Source: Chiloscyllium plagiosum (taxonomy: Eukaryota). Taken from it: DNA of 38,768 bases. The notes below the pieces were generated by a model. That model did no database searches, had not been told where the DNA came from, and saw nothing but the letters and a program-made list of their open reading frames with translations. The stretch's first letter is position 1; each line of letters begins with the position of its first letter. This document shows positions 23,135 through 35,900 of this stretch, piece after piece. A program made the position numbers and the translations under genes. The stretch covers positions 70,033,789 to 70,072,556 of the forward strand of contig NC_057718.1 in NCBI RefSeq assembly GCF_004010195.1, in the 5' to 3' direction.

Positions 23135-25880
23135 CCTTTTAGAATACCCAACACTACTATTCTCCTAATGCCAACTTTACCTAGAGTAATCAGACATCTA
23201 TCCCTAAGCTCAACATCCACCATGCTCCTCTCCTCTGTGAATATCGATGCAAAGTACTCATTAAGAATCTCGCCCATTTTCTCTGACTCTACGCATGACA
23301 TTCCTCCTTTGCCCTTGAGTGGGCCAACCCTTTCTCTGGTGACCCACTTGTGGCTTATAAACAAATAAAAGGATTTGGGATTTTTCTTTACCCTGTTCAC
23401 TAATGATAATTCTTGACCCCTTTTAGCCTCCTTAATTCCTCACTTCAGATTGGTCCTACATTCCCGATTATTCTTCCAAAGCTTTGTCTTTTATCAGTCA
23501 CCTAGACCTTGTGTATGCTTCCTTTTTCCTCTTAGCTAGTCTCTCAATTTCACCTAATCTTGCCATTTCTAGTCCTCATTTTCACAGGGACATATATGTC
23601 CTGCACTTTAATCAACCACTCTTTAAAAGCCTCCCACATATCAATATGGATTTATCCTCAAACAGCTGCTCCCAATCCACATTCCCCAGCTCCTGCCGAA
23701 TTTTGCTATAGTTGGTCTTTCCCAATTTAGCACTCATCTTTTAGGGCCACTCTTGTCTTTGTCTATGATTATCTTAAAAACTTATGGAATTGTGATCACT
23801 ATTTCCAAAGTAATCGCCTACTGAAACCTCAAGCGCTAGGCCGGGCTCATTCCCCAACATCAAGTCCAGTATGACCACTTCCCAAGTTAGACTATTTACA
23901 TACTGCTCTTAGAAAACCTTCCTGGATGCTCCTTACGAATTCTGCTCCATCTAAACCTCTAAAGCTAAGTGAATCCCAGTCAATGTTGGGAAAATTAAAA
24001 TCTCCCATCACCACTACCCTGTTGCTCCTACATCTTTCCATAGTCTGGCTAACATACTAGTATCTCTATCTGACGCTCGCTGTTGGGAGGCCTGCAGTAC
24101 TGCTCCAACATTGTTACTGCACTCTTCCTATTTCTGAGTTCTGCCCATATTGCCTCACTGCTCAAGTCCTCCATTGTGCCCTCCTTCAGCACAGTTGAGA
24201 TACCTTCTCTGAACCGCAATATAACTTCTCAACCCCTTTTACCACCTCTTCTATCCTGCCTGAAGCATGTATAACCTGGGGTATTTAGTTGCCAATCAAC
24301 CCTTCCGTCAAACAAGTCTCAGTAATAGCAATACCATCATACTCCCAGTTACTAATCCAAGTCCCAGGTTCATCAGCCTTACCTACTATACTTCTTGCAT
24401 TAAAACAAATATACCTCAGAGCACCAGTCCCTCTGCGTTCATCATTGGCTCCCTGCTGACTCTTACCCTTAGTCACACTGACTTCTTCATCTAGTTCCTT
24501 AAGGCTTTAGTTACTACCTCCTTACTGTCCACTAACCACCTAGTTTGATTCCCATATCCTTGCCACATTACTTTAAACCCTGCCCAGCAGCATTAACAAA
24601 AGCATCCCCAAGGACATTGGTTCCAGTCTGGCCCAGATGTAGACCATCCAAATTGTAATAGTCCCACCTCCCCAGAGCCAGTCCCAATGTCCCAAAAGTC
24701 TGAAACCCTCCCTCCTACACCATCTCTCAAGCCAAGCATTCATCCTGCCTATTCTATTGTTCATACTCTGATTAACATGTGGCACTGGTGAACAATCCTG
24801 AGATTACTATCTCCTGAAGTCCTACTTTTTAACTTGGCTCCTAACTCCCTAAATTCTGCTTGTAGGCCTCATCCCGTTTATTGCCTATATAAATTGGTGC
24901 CGAGATGCCCCCAAATAAACCTAGTGTTGCGTGATTTTTAACTTTGTCCATCACTGGTACCTCCACATTATGTATGCACCACGACAGCGGGCAGTTCACC
25001 CTACCCCTTTAGAATGTCCTGCAGCCAATGTGAGACATTCCTGATTGGCGCATCTGGGAGACAACATACCATCCAAGAGTCTCGTTTTCAACCACAGAAC
25101 CGCCTATCTACTCCTCTTACAATTGAATCCCCTGTGAGTATAGCCCTTCCACTTTTTTTTTAAACCCACTCTTCTGAACAGCAGAGTCAGCCACAGTGCC
25201 ATGAACGTAGCTACTGCTGTCTTCTCCTGGTGAGCCATCTCTGCCAACATTATCCAAAATGGTATACTTGCTTTGGAGGATGATGACCACAGGGGACACC
25301 TGCATTGCCTTCCTGCTCTTTCTCTGCCTTTTGGTCACCCATTCCCTTTCTCCTTCAGCAATCCTAATCTGCAGTGTGACCAATTTGCTAAATATACTAA
25401 CCACAACAGCATCACAGATACTTCAAAGTGAGTCTATCTGCAGCTCTGGAGCCATCATGCAGTCTAACAAGAGCTGCAGCTGAAGGAGTCAGGGACATCA
25501 TCCACATCCCTGAGCTACCACATTGTGCAAGAGGAGCATAACACGAGTCTGGGACCTCCTGCCATTTTTACTCTTAAACTTAGTCCAACTATAATATAAA
25601 ATAATAGATAAATGAAATTTTTAAAATTACCAATCACACTACTTACCAGCATATGATAAAAACCAGAAAGAAAAGCCTTTCCTTATTAACACACCACAGA
25701 GTCTCTTTCTTTTAGTGTCTCAGGTTTAGCCACTGCCCAAATATATCCATTCACTCACCTTCCCAGAGTGCAATTCGACTGCTCCCACTCAGCTCCTCAC
25801 TCTCACCGCTGCTGCTGCAAAATGATTCCATGAGGTAAGTGTGTAAACTGGAAATTTACCTTCCCGGCAGCCCCATTGTC
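23135..25880 (-). mobile_element. CR1 LINE 5' half: 5' UTR, ORF1 (zinc finger and esterase), ORF2 APE
   Basis: ATG at 25565 MAGGPRLVLCSSCTMW..FSCSSC; MNAWLERWCRREGFRLLGHWD (SGNH-like); CFNARSI (APE start); NPKSFY..LNEYFASIFT. 5' boundary approximate. Confidence 0.88.
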
Positions 25881-25904
25881 CTGGCTTTCACTGTTCCTAA
25901 AAAA

Positions 25905-26688
25905 CGTCCTGTCCAACTGCAACACAACTTCCCAACTTCTATATTCAATAGCCTGGCTGATGAAGGCTAGTGCACCAAAAGCCTTCTTCACTGCTCTGTC
26001 TACCTGTGACTCCATTTTCAGAGAAATGTGCACCTGAATTCCAAGGTCCCTCTTTTCCACTACACTCCTTAAGATCCTACCATTCACCATAAAACTCCTA
26101 CCTTGATTTGACTTTCCAAAATGCAGGCCCTCACACTTATCTATTTAAACTCCATTTGCCATTTCTCAGCCCACTTGCCCAAGTGATCAAGGTCCTGCTG
26201 CAATTTCTGATAACCTTCCTCACTGTCCGCAATACCGCCTGTTCTAGTCATTTGCAGACTTACTAATCATGCCTTGTACGTTCTCATCTAAATCATTTCT
26301 ATAGATGATAAACAGCAATGGCCCAGCATCGACCCCTGAGGCACTCCAAAAGTCACAGGCCTCCAATCCGACAAGCATCCTTCCACTATTACTCTCTGCT
26401 TCCTACCATCAAGCCAATTATGTATCCAATTTGCCAGTTCCCCTCAGTTCCATGCAATCTAACCTTCCAGAGCAGCCTTCCATGTGAAGCCTTATCAAAG
26501 GCCTTACCGAATCCATATAGACTACATTTATCACCCTGTCTTTGTCAACCTTCCTGGTCAGTTCATGATCTCCCATGCACAAAGCCATGCTGACTATTCC
26601 TAATCAAACTCTCTTTCCAAATGCATGTATATTATATTTCTCAATCTTCTCAAGTAACTTAACTACCAAAAGATGTTAGGCTTAATCA
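25905..26688 (-). mobile_element. CR1 RT fragment
   Basis: Starts at SLTS; includes EKRDLGIQVH..VKKAFGALAFI..IEYRSWEV. Confidence 0.88.
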
Positions 26689-27561
26689 GTGCATTCAGGA
26701 AAGTTTCATTAAGCAGTACATTTGGGAAGGGGGAAAATTTGACCTAATCTTGGGAGAAAGGGCTAAACAGTTGTCTGAGATGGCAGTGCAGGAGCACTTT
26801 AGGACCAGTGACCATAGCTCTATTAATTTCAAAGTAGTTATGGACAGGGACAAAACTAGTCAACAGGTTCAAGTTCTAAATTGGGGTAAGACAAATTTTG
26901 ATAGAATTAGACAGGAGCTTGTAGGGGTTGATTGGAGCAGTTTGATTGCAGGCAAAGGAAGATCTGGCAAATGGGATGCCTTTAAAAGTGAGCTAACTAG
27001 AGTTCAAGGTCTATATGTTCCTGTGAGGGTGAAGGGCAAGGTTGACAGGAATACAAAACTCTGGATAACAAGGGATATTGAGGCTCTGACCAGAAAAAAG
27101 GAGGAGGTATGGCTCAGGTACAGGCAGCTGGGATCAAGGGAATCCCTGGTGGTACATAGGGGATCCATGAGTTTACTGAAGAAGCAAAGTAGGAGGGCAA
27201 AAATGGAGCACGAGATAGACTTGGCTGAGAAGATTAGGGTGAATCCAAAGTGTTCTTTAAATATATTAAAGGAAAAAGAATAACGAGAGAAACCATAGGA
27301 CCTCTTAAGGACCTAAGTGGACAGGCGATGGACGAGGTCCTCAATGAATATTTCTCCTCTGTGTTTACTGTAGAGAAAGACGTGAAGACTTGGGGACCAT
27401 ATATCCAAGAACACTGCAAGACACTACAGAAGAAATTGCGTGGGCCCTGGCTGATGTTTTTGCATCATCGTTAGCCACCAGTGAGCTCCCAGAGACTGGA
27501 GGGTAGCAATTGTTATGCCCTCATTCAAGAAGGGCTGCAAAGAAAAACCTAGGAACTATCG
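26689..27561 (+). mobile_element. CR1 APE-to-RT fragment, inverted relative to its neighbour
   Basis: HFRTSDH, NWGKTNFD, LNEYFSSVFT, PRDWRVA..KPRNYR. Confidence 0.88.
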
Positions 27562-27599
27562 CTTCAGGGAGCAGGTCACACTCTGTTCTAATTTTGGAC

Positions 27600-29250
27600 T
27601 CAAGTTTCTCCCTCATACATCCACATCTAAAGACTAGCAGAACACTAATAATAGCTTCTATTCCAGGAAGACCACTGATCCATTGATACAGTTCAATACA
27701 ACTTGTAAAGACCTAAACCTTGACGAATTGTGGCAAGATTTCTTCAATGTTTTTCATGGAGTTGAGAGCTCTTCAATGTTTTATTGCTGTTCTTTACATT
27801 CCTGCATGCTGTCTCTATGCGACTTATCCAGTCTATATGAGTTGTAACTTTCGTGATTAAGTCTTCTTTTATAACTTTACTATCTTCTGAACTTGAGGGT
27901 AGCTGGAACTCCAAATGCTGAATTAGTCTTGCATGCTTACCTACTTTGAGATGGCTTTCATCTGGAAAATATTCAAGGCCTGTAAAAACATTTTTGACCA
28001 TTGAACAGATCCTAAGATATTAAAGTAACAACTTAGCTGAGAATTTTGCTTCAAATCCACTCTGGAACTCCAGATCTCAACTCTCTCCATTGAATTGGGC
28101 TCTAATCTTCATTTGCCTTCTTGGGATGAGTATAGTTTCAGCATAGTTTTAACCTTAGCTTCAAGGGCTTAACATTTGAATCACTGTCTTGAGTAACTTT
28201 ATACAGATTCTGTGATGCTCATAAAGCATCAGAGTTTATTTGACTAGCAGGTGGTTGGAAGAACACAGCAAGCCAGGCAGCATCAGGAGGTGGAGGAGTT
28301 AATGTTGGGCATAACCCTTCTTCAGGTATGGAGGTGGGGATAGGGGGAGCTGTAGATAAAGGGGAGGGGGGGGGGTTTGAGGATGGAGAGGGGTGGAATG
28401 TTGACTACCTCACCATTCTGCCCTTCTCCCTACCCAGACAGCCCCCTTCCCCCTTTATCTGTAGCTCTCCCTACCCTTACCCCCTTCCTGAAGAAGGTTA
28501 TACTCAAAATGTTGACTTCTCCACCTCTTAATACTGCCTGGCTTGCTGTCTTCTTCCATCCTCCTGCTTGTCTTTGTATTCCAGCATCTGCAGTTTTTTG
28601 TCTCTAACCAACATTTTTTTGATACTTTACATTCATTTGATGCCCTACTTCTACAGCTGTAGCTCTAACAATCATAAACTATTTATCACCTTTAGACCTG
28701 CCAATGCAAACCTGCTGTGTGGTATAAAGTGATTTGTCTAAATAATGAGCTGATAACTCTTCTGCAGCCATCTTTATAGATTTGTGTTGCGTCTATCTAA
28801 TGAAACACTAACATGTTTCAACTTCTTACAGTTACAGCATTGCTTTCCTTATGCTGGACATCTTTTCTTTTCCTTTGTGTGACATCCTTCAAAATATTTA
28901 CATCCTGCTCTCTAATCTTGATCAACCACTGTTTTTTATGTGAATACTTCTTCCTTTTTTCTATTTAGTTCTCATTCAACTTGATAAATGCTTAATCATA
29001 ATCCAAGGTCACAACTGTTCAATAATTAATACATTTTAACTAATTAATAACAATCTCAACTTCCACATACATCCATAACTTTCTTAATAGTAAGCTTCTC
29101 CTCTCTCAGCAGATTTGCTGTCACTGCAGGATTCTTAAGTAACATGAACATAGACCTTAGGCTCCATATTTAAATGTGCTCGAAGCTGCAAGACAACTTA
29201 CAGCAATCTTTCACCAGCATTGACAGCAGTGTTGCTACATTTGCTGTGTT
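27600..29250 (-). mobile_element. Second, older Gypsy gag-pol remnant
   Basis: LLREEKLTIKKVMDVC; zinc knuckles CKYFEGCH..CPA*GKQCCNCKKLKH (28902-28811); RT start VFTGLEYFPDESHL..ITKVTTHIDWIS; IEEILPQ. Confidence 0.72.
28242..28605. mobile_element. Fold-back Penelope-derived element (~150-bp arms)
   Basis: 28242-~28400 is imperfectly reverse-complementary to ~28412-28572; CCTGAAGAAGG motif on both arms; ~33-nt unique tail. Confidence 0.8.
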
Positions 29251-29839
29251 CAGGTTTATAAATTAATTTTGTATTTATTTTAAGCATTTTATATACTTAG
29301 CAGCAAGGAATGAAAAATACACTTACCCAGTAATTCAAAGTTGTAGATTGCTCTTTTGTTACTACCATGCAGTTTCTTTATAGTAGCTAGATTTTTTTTA
29401 AAGCTGTTAAAATTCATTTAATCTCAGCTGTACATACCTGACACCAAGTTTCAAGTAAAGTCTGATAATGGCTGTGACTGACTGCAGACAAAGACATTTA
29501 CAATCAGATTAGAGGTTCACATCACTATGGAAAGCCAACCAGCACACCAAGTACAATTAAATTTCTCCAAACATTTCCACCTTCTCATTGTCACCTCCAC
29601 TGGGCACTTGCTCACACCACAACACCAGCTCCAACATTCACCACCAGTCACTCATTTCACCACCCTCCAACACTACCAGCTCCACAATTTGCACCGCTCA
29701 CCACCCATTGTCTTTTTAACTTCAACTCTTGCCTCTACAAGCTATTCATCTCCTCACCCTCACCACCTCCTCCCAGCTGCTCATTGGAAAATCTAGTCTC
29801 TTGCCAATATATATTCCCCAACCATGACTACAACAATTT

Positions 29840-32228
29840 CATTGAGGATGTGGGCATTGTTGGTTGGGACACCACTTAGTGCCCATCTTTAATTGTTATT
29901 GAGAAGGTATTAGTGAGCTGCCCTCTTGAACTGTTATATTCCACTTAGTGTAAGTATGCCAACAATGCTGTGAGGGAGGAAATTCCAGGATTTTACCCTA
30001 GAGACACTGAAGGAATGGCAATATTTCCAAATCAGTATGGTGACTATCTTGCAGGTGGTGGTGTTTGCATGTATCTACTGCCTTTATTTTTAGACATAAT
30101 AATGGTCGTGCCATTCGAAAGTGCAATCTTAAGAAGTCTTGGTGAATTTCTGCAGTGCATCTTACAGATGATACACACTGCTGCTACTGTTGTTGGTAGT
30201 GGAGAGACTAAACATATGGAGATGTGGTATAATTAAGTAGGCTCATTGTCCTGGATGATGTCAAACTTCTTGAATGTTGTTGGAGCTCCATTCATCGAGG
30301 CAACTCTAAACTTAGGCTTTCCAAATGATGATGTTCTGGGCAGTCGGGTGTATTACTCACCACAATATTCCTAACCTCTGACCTGGCCTTGTAGCCAGAG
30401 TATTTCTACAGCCAGTCCACTCCGTTTCTGATCAATTGTAAGCCCCCAAAAAGTTCATAGTGGGGGATTCAGCAATGGTAATACCATTGAATGTCAAGGA
30501 ATGAGGGTTAGTTTTATTTTGGAGATGATGATTGTGAAGTAAATGTTACTTGTCAGCCCAAGTGAACATTACTACTTCTGGCTTTTTAAATGGCAGGAAG
30601 GCCATTTATGAAGCAGCTGAAGATGGTTTGGCTTAAGACCCTGAGGAACTCCAGCAGCAATGTTTTGGAGTGGAGATGACTGAACTACAACAACCACAAC
30701 CATCTTCCTTTGTGCCATGTATGACATCAACCAACATCAAAACCTTTCTGTGATTCATATTGACAATTTCGGTGGAACTCCTTGATGCCACACCTGGTAA
30801 ATTCCTGACTTCTAGTCAATGGCAGTCACACTCACCTCAGGAGTTCACCTCTTTGTTTATATTTGAACCAAGATTAATGAGGTCAGGAATTGAGTGACCC
30901 CATTGAAATCTGAGCTTTAGTCAGCAGGTTGTTACTATGCAATTGTTGTTTGATAGCACTGTTGATGACACTGTCCATCACTTTACTAATGATCAAGAGT
31001 AGACTAATGGGCCAGTAATTAGCAGGGTGGATTTGTATTTTTGTGTGCAGGACATACCTGGGCAATTTTCCACATTGTTGGATAATTACCAGTGATTTAG
31101 TTGTACTGGAACAATTTGGCTAGGGGAACAAGTTCTGAAGCATAGGCACTATTGCTGCAATAATATCAGAGCCTACAGATTTTAGTACCTTCAGCTATTT
31201 CTTAATATCATATGGAGTGAATCATCTGTAATGCCAGGAATATCTGAAGGAGAATGAGCTGGATCATTCACTCAACAATTCTAGTAGACAATTGGTCCAA
31301 ATGCTACTTATGCATTAATAAGCTCTGCTTTTCCACTGATGGGGATGAGAAGTATTTGTGAAGCTTTCTCCTCCAGTCCATATCATTTCAGGACTGGATA
31401 TAGCAGGAATGCAGAGCTTAGATCTGATTTTGTTGGCTGAGGAATTGCTGAGCTCCATCGCTTCATGCAGCTGCTGGAATGCCCTTCTGCATGCTTCATT
31501 CAACCAGGGTTGATCCCCTGGCTTGGTGTTAATGGTAAATTTGGAATATGCCAGGCCACAAAGTTACAGATTGTATTGGAGTACAATTCATTCGCTGCTG
31601 CAGGCCCACAGTGCCTCATGGATGGCTAGTTTTGAGTTACTGATCTGTTCAAATTCTATCCTTATGATAGTGCCACCAACTCAACGAAGAGTGTTGGCAG
31701 TTAACTCCACAAGGAAACCATTACTATACTCCCATAGAGAGTTGGCAGACTGGTGGGGATGAGGTCAAGTAATTTTTTCACTCAACCGGAATAGACCCAG
31801 TCTACCAGCTATGTCCTTTGAGACTCAACTAGCTTAATCAGTATTTATCCTATTGGGCTCTTGGTGATGGACAATGATATCCCACACCCAGAGCATTGTC
31901 ATCATTAGTTCTTCTTTCAAGTGGTGTTCAGCATGGATGAATACAGATTCATCAGCTGAGTTGTGGTATTAGGTGTTAATCAGCAGGATGTTTCCTTGCC
32001 CATGTTGACTTGATGCAATATGACTGCATAGGGTTCAGAATCAATATTGAAAACTCCCAAGGCAAATTCCACCTGAATGCATGTACTGTCACATTTGTCA
32101 CGGATATGGCATATCTAGGAATGGTGATGTTGGTATCTAGAATATTGTTGTAAGTATGGTTCTATAAGTATGACAGTTATGCTGTTGCTTAACTATATGT
32201 CAGCCAACTCTCCCAATTTTGGCACTAC
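29840..32228 (-). mobile_element. Old, heavily decayed LINE (CR1/L2-group, clade uncertain)
   Basis: ORF 30883..31065 HPANYWPISLLLIISKVMDSVINSAIK is an RT domain motif; 3' tail near 29845. Boundaries approximate. Confidence 0.72.
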
Positions 32229-32587
32229 ACCCCCCCCCCCAAATATCATACAGTATCTTAAGTACCTTGAACAATATATCATGTGGGTCCAGTGTTGACA
32301 TAAGATATTATATCATAAGTATTATTAACATTATATTGTGTGTGTGTCCAGTGTCATGGTTAAGCTGACATTGAGAAAGATGTGGAAATGGAGCAATATG
32401 ACTGCAATTTCCTTTCAACCAGGACAATTCAACAATTGATACTTTCTACTAATTACAATGGTAGGGATGTTGATTACTGTTCCACAGAAAGAGGGAAAAT
32501 GTTTGAATTTCCATCAGTAAAGTATGGAGAACTAATTTAATAAGTTCATTGTTGTGGTTTTGTGCGCCGAGCTGGGAATTTGTGTTG

Positions 32588-32627
32588 CAGACATTTCGTC
32601 CCCTGTCTAGGTGACATCCTCAGTGCT
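32588..32627 (-). ncRNA. Hammerhead ribozyme motif
   Basis: CTGAGGA-T-GTCACCT-AGAC-AGGGGAC-GAAA: both core boxes plus a 7-bp stem II with one mismatch. Confidence 0.68.
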
Positions 32628-32785
32628 TGGGAGCCTCCTGTGAAGCGCTTCGGCATTTATAGTGGTTTGAATCTGCCGCTTCCGGTCATCAGTTCCAGCT
32701 GTCCGTTGCAGTGGTCGGTATATTGGGTCCAGGTCGATGGGCTTATTGATTGAATCTGTGGATGAGTGCCATGCCTCTAGGAATT

Positions 32786-32877
32786 TTGCTGCTCCTCGGA
32801 TGCTGCCTGAACTGCTGTGCTCTTCCAGCACCACTAATCCAAAATCTGGTTTCCAGCATTTGCAGTCATTGTTTTTA
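32786..32877 (+). mobile_element. 92-bp Penelope tail nested with a 10-bp TSD
   Basis: TCTAGGAATT at 32776-32785 and 32878-32887; the insert matches 23045-23130. Confidence 0.88.
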
Positions 32878-32925
32878 TCTAGGAATTCCCTGGCTGTTCT
32901 CTGTTTGGCTTGTCCTATAATTGTT

Positions 32926-35900
32926 TGTCTGTTTGTCCGTCCGTCCGTCCATCCAATACTGACCGACCACCCATGCAATACCGACCGCCCAACCACCTGC
33001 CGTCCGCCCGCCCGTCCGTCCACCCGATACCGACCGACCGTCCGCCCGTCCATCCAATCCCGTCCGCCCGTCCATCCAATCCCGTCCATCCAATACCGAC
33101 CGCCCGTCCGCCCGTCCATCCAATCCCGTCCATCCACCCAATACCGACCGACCGACCGCCCGTCCATCCATCCAATACCGTCCGCCCGTCCATCCAATCC
33201 CGTCCATCCACCCAATACCGTCCGCCCGCCCGCCCAATAGCGACCGACCGTCCGCCCGCCCGCCCAATAGCGACCGACCGTCCGCCCGCCCAATACCAAC
33301 CGCCCGCCCAATACCGACCGCCCGTCCGCCCGTCCATCCAATCCTGTCCGCCATTCCGCCCGTCCATCCAATCCCGTCCGCACGTCCATCCGTCCATCCA
33401 ATACCATCCGCCCGTTCATCCAATACCGACCGCCCTTCCACCGGACCATCCAATACCGTCCATCCACCCAATACCGACCGCCCGTCCGTCCATCCAATAC
33501 CGTCCGCCTGTCCATCCAATACTGTCCATCCACCCAATACCGACCGCCCGACTGCCCGTCCATCCAATAGCGACCGCCCGTCCACCGGACCATCCAATAC
33601 CGTCCATCCACCCAATACCGACCNNNNNNNNNNNNNNNNNNNNNNNNNNNNNNNNNNNNNNNNNNNNNNNNNNNNNNNNNNNNNNNNNNNNNNNNNNNNN
33701 NNNNNNNNNNNNNNNNNNNNNNNNNNNNNNNNNNNNNNNNNNNNNNNNNNNNNNNNNNNNNNNNNNNNNNNNNNNNNNNNNNNNNNNNNNNNNNNNNNNN
33801 NNNNNNNNNNNNNNNNNNNNNNNNNNNNNNNNNNNNNNNNNNNNNNNNNNNNNNNNNNNNNNNNNNNNNNNNNNNNNNNNNNNNNNNNNNNNNNNNNNNN
33901 NNNNNNNNNNNNNNNNNNNNNNNNNNNNNNNNNNNNNNNNNNNNNNNNNNNNNNNNNNNNNNNNNNNNNNNNNNNNNNNNNNNNNNNNNNNNNNNNNNNN
34001 NNNNNNNNNNNNNNNNNNNNNNNNNNNNNNNNNNNNNNNNNNNNNNNNNNNNNNNNNNNNNNNNNNNNNNNNNNNNNNNNNNNNNNNNNNNNNNNNNNNN
34101 NNNNNNNNNNNNNNNNNNNNNNNNNNNNNNNNNNNNNNNNNNNNNNNNNNNNNNNNNNNNNNNNNNNNNNNNNNNNNNNNNNNNNNNNNNNNNNNNNNNN
34201 NNNNNNNNNNNNNNNNNNNNNNNNNNNNNNNNNNNNNNNNNNNNNNNNNNNNNNNNNNNNNNNNNNNNNNNNNNNNNNNNNNNNNNNNNNNNNNNNNNNN
34301 NNNNNNNNNNNNNNNNNNNNNNNNNNNNNNNNNNNNNNNNNNNNNNNNNNNNNNNNNNNNNNNNNNNNNNNNNNNNNNNNNNNNNNNNNNNNNNNNNNNN
34401 NNNNNNNNNNNNNNNNNNNNNNNNNNNNNNNNNNNNNNNNNNNNNNNNNNNNNNNNNNNNNNNNNNNNNNNNNNNCCATCCAATACCGACCGCCCATCCA
34501 ATGCCGACCGACCGCCCGCCCAACGCCGTCCGTCCGCCCAACGCCGACCACCCGTCCAACGCCGACCACCCGTCCAACGCCCATCCAATGCCGACCGCCC
34601 ATCCAATGCCGACCGCCCATCCAATGCCGACCGCCCATCCATCCAATGCCGACCGCCCGTCCATCCACCCATCCAATACCGACCGACCACCCATCCAATG
34701 CCGTCTGGCCAATACCGACCGACCACCCATCCAATGCCGTCTGGCCGCCCAATGCTGACCGCCTGTCCAACGCCGTCCATCCGCCCACCCAATGCTGACC
34801 GCTCATCCAATACCGACCATCCATCCATCCAATACCGACCGCCCATCCAATACCGACCGCCCATCCAATACCAACCATCCATCCATCCGCCCATCCAATA
34901 CCGACCGTCCATCCATCCGCCCATCCAATACCGACCGTCCATCCATCCGCCCATCCAATACCGACCGTCGATCCATCCAATACCGACCGTCGATCCATCC
35001 ATCACCGACCGTCCATCCATCCATCACCGACCGTCCATCCATCACCGACCGTCCATCCATCCATCCAATGCCGACCGCCCATCCAATGCCGACCGTCCAT
35101 ATATCCAATGCCGACCGCCCATCCAATACCGACCGTCCGTCCATCTACCCATCCAATACCGACCGCCCGTCCAACGCCGTCCGTCCGCCCGCCCAATGCC
35201 GACGACCCGTCCAACGCCATCCATCCATCCAATACCGACCGCCCATCCAAAACCGACCGCCCATCCATCCATCCAATACCGACCGCCCATCCATCCACCC
35301 ATCCAATACCGACCGCCCATCCAATCCCGACCCCCCTACCGTCCAACCAATACCGACCGCCCATCCAAAACCGACCGCCCATCCATCCATCCAATACCGA
35401 CCGCCCATCCAAAACCGACCGCCCATCCATCCATCCAATACCGACCGCCCATCCAAAACCGACCGCCCATCCATCCATCCAATACCGACCGCCCATCCAN
35501 NNNNNNNNNNNNNNNNNNNNNNNNNNNNNNNNNNNNNNNNNNNNNNNNNNNNNNNNNNNNNNNNNNNNNNNNNNNNNNNNNNNNNNNNNNNNNNNNNNNN
35601 NNNNNNNNNNNNNNNNNNNNNNNNNNNNNNNNNNNNNNNNNNNNNNNNNNNNNNNNNNNNNNNNNNNNNNNNNNNNNNNNNNNNNNNNNNNNNNNNNNNN
35701 NNNNNNNNNNNNNNNNNNNNNNNNNNNNNNNNNNNNNNNNNNNNNNNNNNNNNNNNNNNNNNNNNNNNNNNNNNNNNNNNNNNNNNNNNNNNNNNNNNNN
35801 NNNNNNNNNNNNNNNNNNNNNNNNNNNNNNNNNNNNNNNNNNNNNNNNNNNNNNNNNNNNNNNNNNNNNNNNNNNNNNNNNNNNNNNNNNNNNNNNNNNN

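Larger units (their letters stand above)
32548..32925 (-). mobile_element. Penelope-like 3' end of a second family, with hammerhead motif
   Basis: IIGQAKQRTAREFLEAWHSSTDSINKPIDLDPIYRPL resembles a GIY-YIG C-terminus; hammerhead core at 32623-32594. Confidence 0.82.

Noticed and set aside
29328..29403. Possible minus-strand exon (FKKNLATIKKLHGSNKRAIYNFELL, GTAAGT donor)
   Set aside because: Adjacent to a Gypsy remnant, weak polypyrimidine tract and no recognisable homology.
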